Positions 30,142 to 39,489 of a DNA stretch of 64,000 nucleotides are shown piece by piece. Made by a program: the position numbers and the translations under genes. Source of the stretch: Candidatus Collierbacteria bacterium RIFOXYD2_FULL_45_13 (GTDB lineage: Bacteria > Patescibacteriota > Microgenomatia > UBA1400 > MFAQ01); the NCBI GenBank assembly GCA_001774685.1, contig MFAS01000001.1, positions 897,252 through 961,251 on the forward strand, written 5' to 3'. How positions within the stretch are numbered: position 1 is the first letter of the stretch; every line of letters begins with the position of its first letter. The notes under the pieces were generated by a model. That model searched no databases. It saw only the letters and a program-made list of their open reading frames with translations, and had not been told where the DNA came from.

Positions 30142-30582
30142 ATGAAGTCCCCTCTCAAATACTCCAAGTGGCCAATTGTTCTTTATGGCCTTGGAAGTCT
30201 TATTCTCTTTGGCTTAACTCTTAATTCGTATTATCTATCCGGAGGAGTTATTACACTTGAGAGAATCTTCTGGCTTATAGTCGGAGTGGGAACCTCTATG
30301 CTTGCCGGCTGGTGGATTGCTATCAAGTTTACCGGCACTATATTCCATCGTCAGGTTGACCGCCCTATAGAACCTTCGGATCTTCAAATCCTGCAAACCT
30401 ATTGGTTAAATGGAGAGACCGCTGCTGTCTTTATTGGCAGGCTTGATCATCCAGGCACATATTTGTTCCACATTCACGGACTCAACAAAAGGCACGATCT
30501 CCTTGACGCCAAGGCGTTAACCTTCGACCAAGTGAGTAAATACATTTCCTCTCATAAGGAGCACAATGAAAAATCCCGTTAA
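30142..30582 (+). CDS. 2-TM membrane protein, YWLNGET paralog 2
   Basis: GGAGG SD; MKSPLKY...FHRQVD..YWLNGET. Confidence 0.8.
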   Translation: MKSPLKYSKWPIVLYGLGSLILFGLTLNSYYLSGGVITLERIFWLIVGVGTSMLAGWWIAIKFTGTIFHRQVDRPIEPSDLQILQTYWLNGETAAVFIGRLDHPGTYLFHIHGLNKRHDLLDAKALTFDQVSKYISSHKEHNEKSR

Positions 30583-30985
30583 GTACGCCTGGAAGTCTTT
30601 TCCTTCACTTATGCTCATTAGTGCCGTTTTCGTCCTGTTTCTAGCCTGGATCAGCAACGGCGCCACACCCATGAGCCTTCTCAAAGGCATCGCGATGTTG
30701 GGGATGTATCTTGTCCTCCTTTTCCTTGATGCAATCCTCATTGTTCGCTGGGGAACTATTCTCAATCGCAAGGTTGACCACTCCGTCATCCCCGAAGAAT
30801 TAGTCGTCGGTCAGAGATACTGGCTGAATGGCGAAACATGGGCTGACTATGCAGGCTTCGAAAGCTATACCGGGCAATATATCTTTGCCATTTACGAAGT
30901 ACACAACCGTAATGATCCACACACCAGGCTCCTCCGTGGACAAGTAAGCCAATACATCTCCAAAGAACAAGAAGTCTTCGAATAA
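30566..30985 (+). CDS. 2-TM membrane protein, YWLNGET paralog 3
   Basis: AAGGAG SD; MKNPVKY...NRKVD...YWLNGETWA. Confidence 0.8.
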   Translation: MKNPVKYAWKSFPSLMLISAVFVLFLAWISNGATPMSLLKGIAMLGMYLVLLFLDAILIVRWGTILNRKVDHSVIPEELVVGQRYWLNGETWADYAGFESYTGQYIFAIYEVHNRNDPHTRLLRGQVSQYISKEQEVFE

Positions 30986-30993
30986 TAACGACT

Positions 30994-31245
30994 CTAGAGG
31001 CACATAAGTGCCTCTTTTTTGTACTGTGTCTGTCCGGCCAATGGTATCAATCTATTAACCAAGACATCACTTTTTAGTAAAGTAGTCATCACCAATTCTC
31101 TGTCAAACCACTCCAAACAATTTCCAAATATCACAATTCTCGACATTTCCTCACTTCTTTCCAAAGCAATCACATCCTCCCTTCCCAAGATGTCATCCCA
31201 AGCGTAGACGAGGAATCTCACATTAATAATACACTCACCCACCAC
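30994..31245 (-). CDS. hypothetical protein
   Basis: ORF only; start uncertain. Confidence 0.35.
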   Translation of the reverse strand: MVGECIINVRFLVYAWDDILGREDVIALERSEEMSRIVIFGNCLEWFDRELVMTTLLKSDVLVNRLIPLAGQTQYKKEALMCL

Positions 31246-31337
31246 TCTTGCATTTTACCCACATTTGTGGTATATTATGGGTTAGATATCAACCGTGATA
31301 GCCACGGTCAAACATTAAAAAAGACAGGAGGTGCGCC

Positions 31338-31664
31338 ATGCGCCTACAAGTTCTGGACGGTGGACGTCTGTCCCTCGTTGAAGAGGGAGAGACCGTTCTT
31401 ATCCTAGAGGGCAAGATGAGCCTCAGAATTTCTCCAACCGAGCTTAGGCCGGAAGTCATGTTCTTACCTGATAGCAAACTTCCCTCCAGTTTCCACATTG
31501 GAGACGAAGTTGTGTCTGACGGAGAAAATGCTCTTCTTTTTCGAAGGTGGCAACCGCTTCGAGCGGATACCACCATCGTGACCCACGACGATGAAGCCCG
31601 TTTGGAGGCAAGAATCGCCATCGAAGCCGATGATCCGGCTGACGATCCTGATATGCCATTCTAA
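31338..31664 (+). CDS. hypothetical protein with acidic DDPDMPF tail
   Basis: AGGAGG SD. Confidence 0.7.
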   Translation: MRLQVLDGGRLSLVEEGETVLILEGKMSLRISPTELRPEVMFLPDSKLPSSFHIGDEVVSDGENALLFRRWQPLRADTTIVTHDDEARLEARIAIEADDPADDPDMPF

Positions 31665-31683
31665 CTACAGGAAGGAGGCCACT

Positions 31684-31743
31684 ATGTTCCTCACTGCAAT
31701 ACTTCTTGGTGCGTTGGTGTTCTTCATCATACGCACGATGTAA
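31684..31743 (+). CDS. putative 19-aa hydrophobic microprotein MFLTAILLGALVFFIIRTM
   Basis: AGGAGG SD at ideal spacing; followed by terminator. Confidence 0.5.
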   Translation: MFLTAILLGALVFFIIRTM

Positions 31744-31874
31744 CTTTCTCCCCGATAAAGCCCCGACATTGTGTGCGAGGCTTTCTTTTTTTATCTCAGC
31801 TATACGATCCGTGCATCGGCCACCACAGCGCAAATCTGCTAAAATTCCTCATTCTTTGACATCAAGGAGACCTC

Positions 31875-32063
31875 ATGATCCTCATTCTTTTCGCGATCGG
31901 TTCATTTGCCGGTGGTCTCTACTTGCTGGCCACCTTTCCCAACCTGTTCATGGCCGCCATTGCTCTTTTCTTCGTGGGGTCCTTCCTGCTCTTCCTTATG
32001 ACCCAGGGTCAATCTCGTTCAACCACCGAGGCTCCCCCTCCCAGCACCCACAAAACAAAGTAG
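31875..32063 (+). CDS. small membrane protein
   Basis: AAGGAG SD; 2 TM segments. Confidence 0.65.
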   Translation: MILILFAIGSFAGGLYLLATFPNLFMAAIALFFVGSFLLFLMTQGQSRSTTEAPPPSTHKTK

Positions 32064-32196
32064 TCACCATAGGCTAAATAATATCCCATAGTTGACAAAA
32101 TGTGGTTTAGGTGATATACTCTAGCACTGTAAGTACATTGAGTGGGCACCCGCCCAACTCTCCACCCTCAGATTCAGATTCCCAAGGAGAACGCAA

Positions 32197-32655
32197 ATGA
32201 CCACAACCGCATTCGTTGCCCCCCAGCCTTCCATGTTCGTCATGGCCAAGGTCGAAGAACTGCAAAAAGCAGCCGCCAAGGCCGAAACGGCCATGGGAGA
32301 TGCCTCCAACCTGCCCTTCCTGACCTGGAACCGCAAGGGCAAGATCGCAACCGCCCGTGCGGCCTACGATGCCGCCATGGCGGAACTGACCGAAGCCCGC
32401 GAAGAACTGGCCGTATCGCGCGACTACGAAGCCAAGATGGCCACCGAGAATGCCGCCGCGTCCAATCAGGGTCGCAAGGATGCCATCGACGCCGCCCTCC
32501 TCTTCGCGCCCGAACTGAAGGGCATCGCCCGCACCGGGCTCAAGGAAGCCGCGAATGAACTCGACGCAGTCGAGAACGCCCGCAAGGCCCTCGCCCTCCG
32601 CGAAGAACTCGCCCTGGAAAAAGCCACCGCGGCGCGTACCCTGCTCCGCAAGTAA
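32197..32655 (+). CDS. Ala-rich coiled-coil protein, high GC3
   Basis: TTGACA/TATACT promoter, AAGGAG SD, terminator. Confidence 0.8.
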   Translation: MTTTAFVAPQPSMFVMAKVEELQKAAAKAETAMGDASNLPFLTWNRKGKIATARAAYDAAMAELTEAREELAVSRDYEAKMATENAAASNQGRKDAIDAALLFAPELKGIARTGLKEAANELDAVENARKALALREELALEKATAARTLLRK

Positions 32656-32736
32656 TCCCGCGCACCCGCGCAAACGTCCCCCCGACAGTGTCGGGGGGAT
32701 ATTTTTTGGCAAAAAACATGCCAAACCCCAAGATGC

Positions 32737-33378
32737 TCAAGTGGCCAGCCTCTTAAGCACTTCTTCCTCCAGCATCCCAGTATCTACCGGTGCCTGCTTG
32801 AGGCGGTCTTCATCCGTTTGCGAGGCTGATAATATTACCTTCCAATTTTTTAAGTGTTTTTGAAGTCTCTCTCGGATCTTGTTCATGACAATAGTTTCGT
32901 TGGGGTAGGCTTGGCGGGACTCCTCCGCGGAAGCTCGAATACCGGTCAATAGATGAGTTCTCGCACGCGCGTTTCGGCTGGTTTGCCTACCTCCACCACC
33001 CGCCTTGACACTAGCCGTCAGCTTCTCCCAGTTGCTCATTTCGCCTTCATTTATTACCAAATCATCTGGATCGTGTATATTTTCCTTCAACCAGCCTAAA
33101 TACTGTGTTGTGCATTTCATTTCTACCGAACCGGCATCCTGGGACTTTATATATTCCAGCACGTCCTGAACCTCTGCTGCCGGTGATTTATCCGAATTTT
33201 CAGCCCGATTGACCGTATTTTCAGCCTGATTTTGTCGCACTTCTTTAGCATGCTCTCGCAAAGTCAGGTCACCCTGTCGTTTTTCACCCTTTTTTCCTCC
33301 CCCACCACCCCCGGCCCTACCTTGCTCAAAATCATCAAAGTCATCAGGATCAACTCGGAGGGAATATTCGATTTCCAT
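32737..33378 (-). CDS. protein with a peptide-release-factor-like domain lacking canonical GGQ
   Basis: AGGGGRQTSRNARARTHLLTGIRASAEESRQAYPN aligns to RF [22 protein letters not shown]...ERSQ..N; leaderless. Confidence 0.6.
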   Translation of the reverse strand: MEIEYSLRVDPDDFDDFEQGRAGGGGGGKKGEKRQGDLTLREHAKEVRQNQAENTVNRAENSDKSPAAEVQDVLEYIKSQDAGSVEMKCTTQYLGWLKENIHDPDDLVINEGEMSNWEKLTASVKAGGGGRQTSRNARARTHLLTGIRASAEESRQAYPNETIVMNKIRERLQKHLKNWKVILSASQTDEDRLKQAPVDTGMLEEEVLKRLAT

Positions 33379-33397
33379 AAGTTCGATTTTACACGTT

Positions 33398-33532
33398 TTA
33401 GTTGCATTTTTGCCAAAGCAAAGCCCCCTTAACGGGGGCTTTTTTGTATTTGATCAGTGCGGCCTCACTCCGCACGAATGAATCGGGGCGTAAAGACGCC
33501 CGGAGGAAAAGCAGTATAACCTCACGGTCCAT
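33398..33532 (-). other. short expression unit: 44-aa ORF or structured small RNA
   Basis: TTGACA-17-TATACT promoter at about 33635-33663, AGGAG SD, several hairpins; ORF runs through the terminator. Confidence 0.35.
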
Positions 33533-33730
33533 TCAGGTTTCTCCTTTTATGGTTTGGGGTTGACGAGGAATTGCCTCAACAACCGGTGATGATCCTGCTT
33601 TTTAAGTGCTCCTCACGCGTGTGAGGATGTGCCTAGTATACCACAGTGTTATAGGTCTGTCAAGAGCTTGCCACTAGGCACAAAAAATCCCCGCTCACTT
33701 GGAGCGGGGATCATCGATCTGGGATCGGGG

Positions 33731-34642
33731 TTATTCCGGCTTGGCGCCGGAGCCCTTCTTCTTTCCACCCTTTTTCTTGCTCTGCTGGCGATCAGGATCG
33801 TCACCCTGCTTGCGGGCTTCTTTCTTCTGATCGCGCGCCTTCTTGGCGGCGCCATCTTGGCGCTGGCCGGGGCGCAGGCTCTGAAGGTCGTCCAACTCGC
33901 GCTGGCGATTCTTTTCAATCTCCGCCTGACGGGCGCGCTTCGCAGCCTTGAGGGCCTCCGGGCTCTGTTGGGGCGCGGCCGGTTTCTGCGGGGCAGATGC
34001 CTTCTTGGAAGAGACCTTCGGCTCGGGCTCGGTCGTGTAGCAGACCTTGCACAGGCTCGGAATGAAGGATTTCTTGCCCTCACCCTTCGGCGTGATCATC
34101 TCAACGGGGGTGCCACAGTGGCACCATCCCGCCTGGACGTAATTGCCAACCGCGAAGGTCAGCTTGTCGAGATCCGCGAGCAAGGGCTGGATGTCGTCCT
34201 TGCCTTCAGGCCACAGGTTGGCCATTCGAGTTTCGATGGAGACGTAGACGCAGAAGGCGGGACGTTCGTCGAGGATCTGGGCGCGGGACATGGCTTCTTG
34301 GCCCTTGTGCCCCTTGGCGTCCTCGGCCCGGACCCAGTTGGTCCATGTGTCGAGAGCCGTCTGCCAGGCGACGCGCACGGGCTCGGTTGCAGCGAGGTAG
34401 CGCTGATAGGCGGCGGCCTCGTCGGCCAAACGGCCGATGTACTGGCCGATACGGCCGTACAGTTTGATAAGACCGATGCGATCGCCCTTGTCCTGGAGGA
34501 CCTGCATGTCTTTCCACATCATGTCCTTTTGGTCGTTGTGACCTTCGATCCCATTGATGCGGACGGTCAGCTTGCCGACCATCTCTTCGACGGTATCCTC
34601 GTGGCGAGGCTTGCGGACGGGCTGTGCGGTGGGCTGGGTCAT
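33731..34642 (-). CDS. hypothetical protein with Zn finger and Lys-rich tail, high GC3
   Basis: AGGAGG SD; CHC...CKVC; own promoter and terminator. Confidence 0.8.
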   Translation of the reverse strand: MTQPTAQPVRKPRHEDTVEEMVGKLTVRINGIEGHNDQKDMMWKDMQVLQDKGDRIGLIKLYGRIGQYIGRLADEAAAYQRYLAATEPVRVAWQTALDTWTNWVRAEDAKGHKGQEAMSRAQILDERPAFCVYVSIETRMANLWPEGKDDIQPLLADLDKLTFAVGNYVQAGWCHCGTPVEMITPKGEGKKSFIPSLCKVCYTTEPEPKVSSKKASAPQKPAAPQQSPEALKAAKRARQAEIEKNRQRELDDLQSLRPGQRQDGAAKKARDQKKEARKQGDDPDRQQSKKKGGKKKGSGAKPE

Positions 34643-34778
34643 GGAAACACCTCCTAGGGTGTGGAGCTTTTAAGGGCTCCGGGTAGAGTTTTGAATGTTC
34701 CCCCTTACGGGTTCGTCCGTAAGTTCGGACGTGATAGGCGGAATTATAGCATAGCTATAGGTCAATGTCAAGCCTATC

Positions 34779-35954
34779 TCAAATATTCTTCACTCTCTCC
34801 ACGAACTTCAGTTTGTACCTGATCCCAGAATACGCCGCCTTCACAAGCAAGTTTACGATAAAAGTCACGAGCATCAAAAGCCCGAAGTAGATCATCCCCT
34901 GGCTAGTTACCTTCGGCAAGCTGTCGCGGGACAGGTAGCCTATGATCCCCCCAACCACTCCATAAGTGGTTATCAGCTGGAGGCTCTGAATACTCTTGTT
35001 TGTCGCTTGGCCCTTGATCTCAGCAATCACCCCAATGGCAGCCGCCAAGTAATTGTTGGTCATTACCCAGATCTCTTTGATATAGCCATGGGTGTTGGTA
35101 AGCACATCAAATTTGTACTGGAATACGTTCGACAAATGATCAGCCAACTTCATCTCCTTGGCAATGTCAGCTCTGGTATGCACGTACGCACCCATCTGGT
35201 TGATTCTGCTACTGATGAGGTTAATGGTTTTTTGGTAAGCATCCAGCTGTAGCCGAACCTTCTCGACTTCCCTGCCTCGGATTAGCTTCCGCTCCTTGAT
35301 CTCGGAAATTTCCTCCCATAGCTTCCGGTGTATGTCCAAGTACTTCTGAAGCTGATCCTTGAACTCCCGGAAAAATATTTGCATCTCCACCAGCCCTTCC
35401 ACAAAGTCCTTGTACTCCGGCTTAGCAATCAAGAATATAAATCCAGGTGTTTTTTTTACTGTTAGCTCAGGTGAGTCTATGGTGCTGTATATTTCCCCAA
35501 ACTGTGCATCCAGAGCAAATTCCTCCGGGTCTTTGTCAATCACCCCCACCGCAATCGGGTGAACAGTTTTTATGTTCGCTAGCTCCTTCGGGGTCGGGGC
35601 ACCAAGCGAGAAAATATACGCGATTGCAGGAGCAAACTTATCGTCATAATAACTTTTTAATTTCTCTTTGGCTTCATCAATATCACTCGAGGATTGTTTC
35701 AGAATATACAACCCATCCTCGTAATACTGAATCTCAATCCCCTCCTTTGTTTCGGCTCTCACATACTCCAGATAGCCAGCCTTACGGCTAACTTTAACCA
35801 ACTCCAAACCAGTGTGGAGTTTCTTCAGCCTCTCCTTGGATAAAGGTAGATCGCTTTTGGCTTCAGTAAAGAAATCCGCTATCTCCGTCAGGTGCAGAGT
35901 GGTTCGCTGATACCATCCGCCGAAGTAAACACTCAGTTTCGTCTTTTCGGGCAT
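34779..35954 (-). CDS. conserved hypothetical membrane protein (long helices plus two C-terminal TM segments, CorA-like topology)
   Basis: 391-aa ORF; leaderless start. Confidence 0.75.
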   Translation of the reverse strand: MPEKTKLSVYFGGWYQRTTLHLTEIADFFTEAKSDLPLSKERLKKLHTGLELVKVSRKAGYLEYVRAETKEGIEIQYYEDGLYILKQSSSDIDEAKEKLKSYYDDKFAPAIAYIFSLGAPTPKELANIKTVHPIAVGVIDKDPEEFALDAQFGEIYSTIDSPELTVKKTPGFIFLIAKPEYKDFVEGLVEMQIFFREFKDQLQKYLDIHRKLWEEISEIKERKLIRGREVEKVRLQLDAYQKTINLISSRINQMGAYVHTRADIAKEMKLADHLSNVFQYKFDVLTNTHGYIKEIWVMTNNYLAAAIGVIAEIKGQATNKSIQSLQLITTYGVVGGIIGYLSRDSLPKVTSQGMIYFGLLMLVTFIVNLLVKAAYSGIRYKLKFVERVKNI

Positions 35955-36032
35955 ACTTTCATATTACACTGTCGTCGTGCTATATTTACGGCAAGTCTTG
36001 AACGTTAAAATCAGCTGAAAAGGAGGGCCCCC

Positions 36033-36650
36033 ATGACCCCCAAACCACGCCGAAAAAAAATAAAAGATCCCCCGTTTGAAGACTGTGTCAGTATTGACAC
36101 GCCCATCGAGCTTTTCCAAATTCAGCAACTCTTACGCACTGCAGGCGCAGTCCTAGTCGATCTGCAGACCGGACTGGTAATTAAGGGTTTTGTTGATTTG
36201 CCGGAGATCGGCCTTGTCGACACCACCAAGAATCATCCAATCAGAAAAGGCCTTGGATTCATCCCCCCTGTCGCACCAGCACCCCCAGACTATAACTTTA
36301 TTGATGTGGATGCAATTCTCCTGGTCAACCAAGATTACCTCGAGAAGGGCCAACCACCCTACTCCATTCTTGTTGTGGAGGATGCCGACATAGATAAGTG
36401 GGCGGAGCTAGCCTATGCCATCTGCCTTCAGTTTGTCACCAAGGTCGATGGCCAACCCAAACCCTCGGTTACAATCAAGGTGGGTTCCTTGGCTGTTTCC
36501 GACGACAATGATCCAAAATCAGCCATCAACGCCGTCCTCCGACGCCGGCAGGGATATGGTTTCGAAGATGCCGACGCCGTTTCCGGCCAATTCATATTTG
36601 ACGAGAGCCAATATTTTGCCGATGAGGAAGACGATGACGAGGGTGAATAG
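36033..36650 (+). CDS. hypothetical protein with acidic tail
   Basis: AGGAGG SD. Confidence 0.75.
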   Translation: MTPKPRRKKIKDPPFEDCVSIDTPIELFQIQQLLRTAGAVLVDLQTGLVIKGFVDLPEIGLVDTTKNHPIRKGLGFIPPVAPAPPDYNFIDVDAILLVNQDYLEKGQPPYSILVVEDADIDKWAELAYAICLQFVTKVDGQPKPSVTIKVGSLAVSDDNDPKSAINAVLRRRQGYGFEDADAVSGQFIFDESQYFADEEDDDEGE

Positions 36651-36736
36651 GCTCAAAGCGCTTGACTTTTGACCCATAATGGTATATAATCACCCACAGT
36701 CAAGAACACGAAAAACCTATTCCCGAGGAGATTCCA

Positions 36737-36919
36737 ATGAATGAATTCAAGAATCGTATGCTGTTATTCCTGGCCAATAATAACGTCACCATCTCCAACC
36801 TCACCGTTATCGCTGGCCTCGTCCTGGCCAATGTGATCACCCTGCCGCAAGCCGCCTTCTGGCTTGCTGTCGGACTCGCCGTGTACGGCATCATGTACCT
36901 GATCACCCGCAACCGCTAG
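36737..36919 (+). CDS. small membrane protein
   Basis: TTGACT/TATAAT promoter, AGGAG SD, terminator. Confidence 0.7.
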   Translation: MNEFKNRMLLFLANNNVTISNLTVIAGLVLANVITLPQAAFWLAVGLAVYGIMYLITRNR

Positions 36920-37054
36920 TTGGTCACCCCCACCCCGCCCCGTCTCAACCGAGACGGGGCATTTTTGTGTCTTGACAACCCATAGAAACCAGTCATGATA
37001 TAATCTCGCCATGAGTTGATGAGGTATGCACATTTATTTGAGAGGAGAGTCTCC

Positions 37055-37414
37055 ATGCTTAAGAAAACGCTATTAATCGTTGCACTGGTACTTATTGCCT
37101 TGATGGGGTATAGCCTCTTCGCTACCTCTTCATTCGGCGCCATCATAATGGTTGTGATATTCGCCTTTATAGCCTTCGTCATCTACAACGAATTTGTTAC
37201 CAGAGAAGCCAGTCAAGAAGAACAAGAGCGCTACTGGGAAATAGTTCAGAGTATGACGGACGTCGGCATAAGCCGCAAAACTGCAATCAACAATCTTAAC
37301 GAACTAGTCAGAAAAGGTTACTCTCTTCCCAAGATACTCGAAGAGGTAGACAAGTCCATCGCCGCCACACAACAGAAATCCAAACGAGAATTCTTCCGCC
37401 GTTCACCTCGCTGA
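37055..37414 (+). CDS. 2-TM membrane protein
   Basis: TTGACA/TATAAT promoter, AGGAG SD. Confidence 0.75.
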   Translation: MLKKTLLIVALVLIALMGYSLFATSSFGAIIMVVIFAFIAFVIYNEFVTREASQEEQERYWEIVQSMTDVGISRKTAINNLNELVRKGYSLPKILEEVDKSIAATQQKSKREFFRRSPR

Positions 37415-37506
37415 AATCAACCCCCGACCAAAAGTCGGGGTTTTGTTTTATCCTAGAGAATGAGATAAAATACCGCAGAACAAAAATCGTACCTTAAGGA
37501 GACACC

Positions 37507-38036
37507 ATGCCCGTATTGACTCTCAAACCATTATCCTGCAAAGTTCAGGATTTTATTAATGCCTGGAAAGCGGCCAACGGTTCGGGTCTATTTCCAATTC
37601 ACCCGCAAACAGGTAAACGTATTTCAGACATTCTGCCGGACATTCCCAATATCGGTTTGTCAGCCAAGAAGACTCCGGAACACCGTGAAATGGGATTCAT
37701 CGGCTCACCTGATGATGAAACCCCCAACGACCAAGAGGCTACGTATGAGATTCAGGCTCTGTTGAATCTGAAAGTCGATCCGGAAAAACTCCCACCGGAA
37801 CTGAAAGAAATAAGTGGACCCTTTTGGCTTTTATAGAGCTGATTGAAAGCAGTCTCTTGTCAGAAATCGAAACCCTTGCCGGCGCACTTTCCAAAGAACT
37901 CGGTGTCGACATCGTCATCCTCCCCGCTCAACTCCGAGACGAGGATACACAACACCTCGAGGCTCGCCCAGTAAACACCCAATTCCCGAGTGTTATGATG
38001 TGTCCTATCATCAAACCGGTTAAGAAAGAAATTTAG
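37507..38036 (+). pseudogene. hypothetical gene split by a probable 1-nt indel near 37820
   Basis: ORFs 37507-37836 and 37824-38036 join if one base is added at CCC-TTTT; the second ORF has no clear SD. Confidence 0.5.
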
Positions 38037-38114
38037 TCCTTCCCCCCGCACTCTAGCGGGGTTTTTTTGGCCTCAATCACCCGAAAATCAGTATGTGTAC
38101 AATAGGAATCAATT

Positions 38115-39122
38115 GTGAAAACCAGAATCGTCACCATAGGCGGAGGCACCGGTGCCCCGGTCATAATCCAAGCCCTGCTCCAGGCGGGTTTCACCGATCT
38201 TTCCTGTATTTGCGCCAGTATGGACTCCGGTGGCAAGACCGGCATTATCCGCTCGGACGAACGTGATCAGGTTATCGCCATTTCCGATCTTCTCCGCAAT
38301 CTTCTTGCACTTATCACCTCAGCCAATCATAAGAAGAACATCTCGGCCTTCACCGATATGGTTTCTTTTGTCGACGGCCGCCAAAGAAATCTGGGTTACA
38401 CCATCTACTACGCCCTGCTCGAAAAATATCAAAATAATTTTCTGCGGGTTCAGGAACACTTGGAAGAACTTTTGGGTATCAGGTTCGGTGGCACCGCCAT
38501 CCCCATTACCACCGACTCCAGCAATCTTTACTTCAAGACTAAAGCCGGCCAAATTTTCCGCGGCGAGCACGAGCTGGATAAACAGTCTATGTCCAAAAAC
38601 ACCATCACCAAACTCTGGCTCGACCCCAAAGTCCAAGCCTCCCCGGAGGCTATTAGGGCTATCAAGACCGCCAAATATATTATCTACTGCCCAGGAAGTC
38701 TCTATGGCTCAATTCTCTCAAACTTTCTCCCCGATGGCATCAAAAAGGCTCTCAAAGCCTCAAAAGCCAAGAAAATCCTCATCACCAATCTGGTGAGCAA
38801 CCGCAATCAAACTCATCACTTCACTCCCAGAAAATATCTCCATATTTTTCAAAAATACACCGGCCTCAAAAAGCCATTTAATATCCTTTTGGCTCCGAAA
38901 CAATCCAAGATGCGTTTCAACCGGCTACACCCCAAGATTGCCGCTTCATACGCCTGTGAACATTCTCATTTTCTCGGCTGGTCATCCAAAAAATTAAGGG
39001 GTCTTAGCCGACACCACATCAAAGTGGTAACTTCCAATACTATCTCCATCACACCACAGCTCAATCGCCTCCGTCACGACCCGACGAAACTCGCCAAAAT
39101 TCTCAAAAAAATCATCAAATAA
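38115..39122 (+). CDS. YvcK/GlmR (CofD-like) family protein
   Basis: IVTIGGGTG, MDSGGKTG, PGSLYGSI, RHDP..LA. Confidence 0.88.
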   Translation: MKTRIVTIGGGTGAPVIIQALLQAGFTDLSCICASMDSGGKTGIIRSDERDQVIAISDLLRNLLALITSANHKKNISAFTDMVSFVDGRQRNLGYTIYYALLEKYQNNFLRVQEHLEELLGIRFGGTAIPITTDSSNLYFKTKAGQIFRGEHELDKQSMSKNTITKLWLDPKVQASPEAIRAIKTAKYIIYCPGSLYGSILSNFLPDGIKKALKASKAKKILITNLVSNRNQTHHFTPRKYLHIFQKYTGLKKPFNILLAPKQSKMRFNRLHPKIAASYACEHSHFLGWSSKKLRGLSRHHIKVVTSNTISITPQLNRLRHDPTKLAKILKKIIK

Positions 39123-39150
39123 AAGCCCCCTATCACTAGAGGGCCGGTTC

Positions 39151-39408
39151 TTACTTGAGCAATCTGCCGGAAACTGAGTCGTATTCCCTTGCCCTCAAAA
39201 TTTCCACCCCTGAGGGGATCTCCTCTTCAGGAACCGAGGTAAACTTGGTGGGATAATCAGACACCAATTTATAAACCCTACCGTCAGGCAAACGAACGTA
39301 ATCACCTTCAGCCAAATGCCTTGAATCAGGCACTACTGCTGGGTCGGTCGTAAAATAATTCGGTATTCCGGCAATTCCAAAAATAACCGTCATTGTAAAG
39401 ACCTCCAT
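39151..39408 (-). CDS. hypothetical protein
   Basis: GGAGG SD; terminator 39121-39145. Confidence 0.6.
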   Translation of the reverse strand: MEVFTMTVIFGIAGIPNYFTTDPAVVPDSRHLAEGDYVRLPDGRVYKLVSDYPTKFTSVPEEEIPSGVEILRAREYDSVSGRLLK

Positions 39409-39489
39409 CGGTTTTGTTAGAGTTCCATCAAGTGATTTTACACCAAAAACAAGACCATTCTTCCGGCTAGATAAAAATACACTAACCGT

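Noticed and set aside
33629-34657. 342-aa + strand ORF
   Set aside because: Shadow of the GC3-rich minus-strand gene, which has the promoter, SD and terminator.
7700-37830. Frameshifts near 7712, 24930 and 37820 as programmed frameshifting or phase variation
   Set aside because: All are single-base indels in short homopolymers, so sequencing or assembly error is the simpler explanation; read mapping would decide.
27939-38036. Prophage or integron explaining the run of unknown genes
   Set aside because: No integrase, terminase or capsid genes and no attC-type sites were seen. The units carry their own promoters, occur in both orientations and interleave with core genes.
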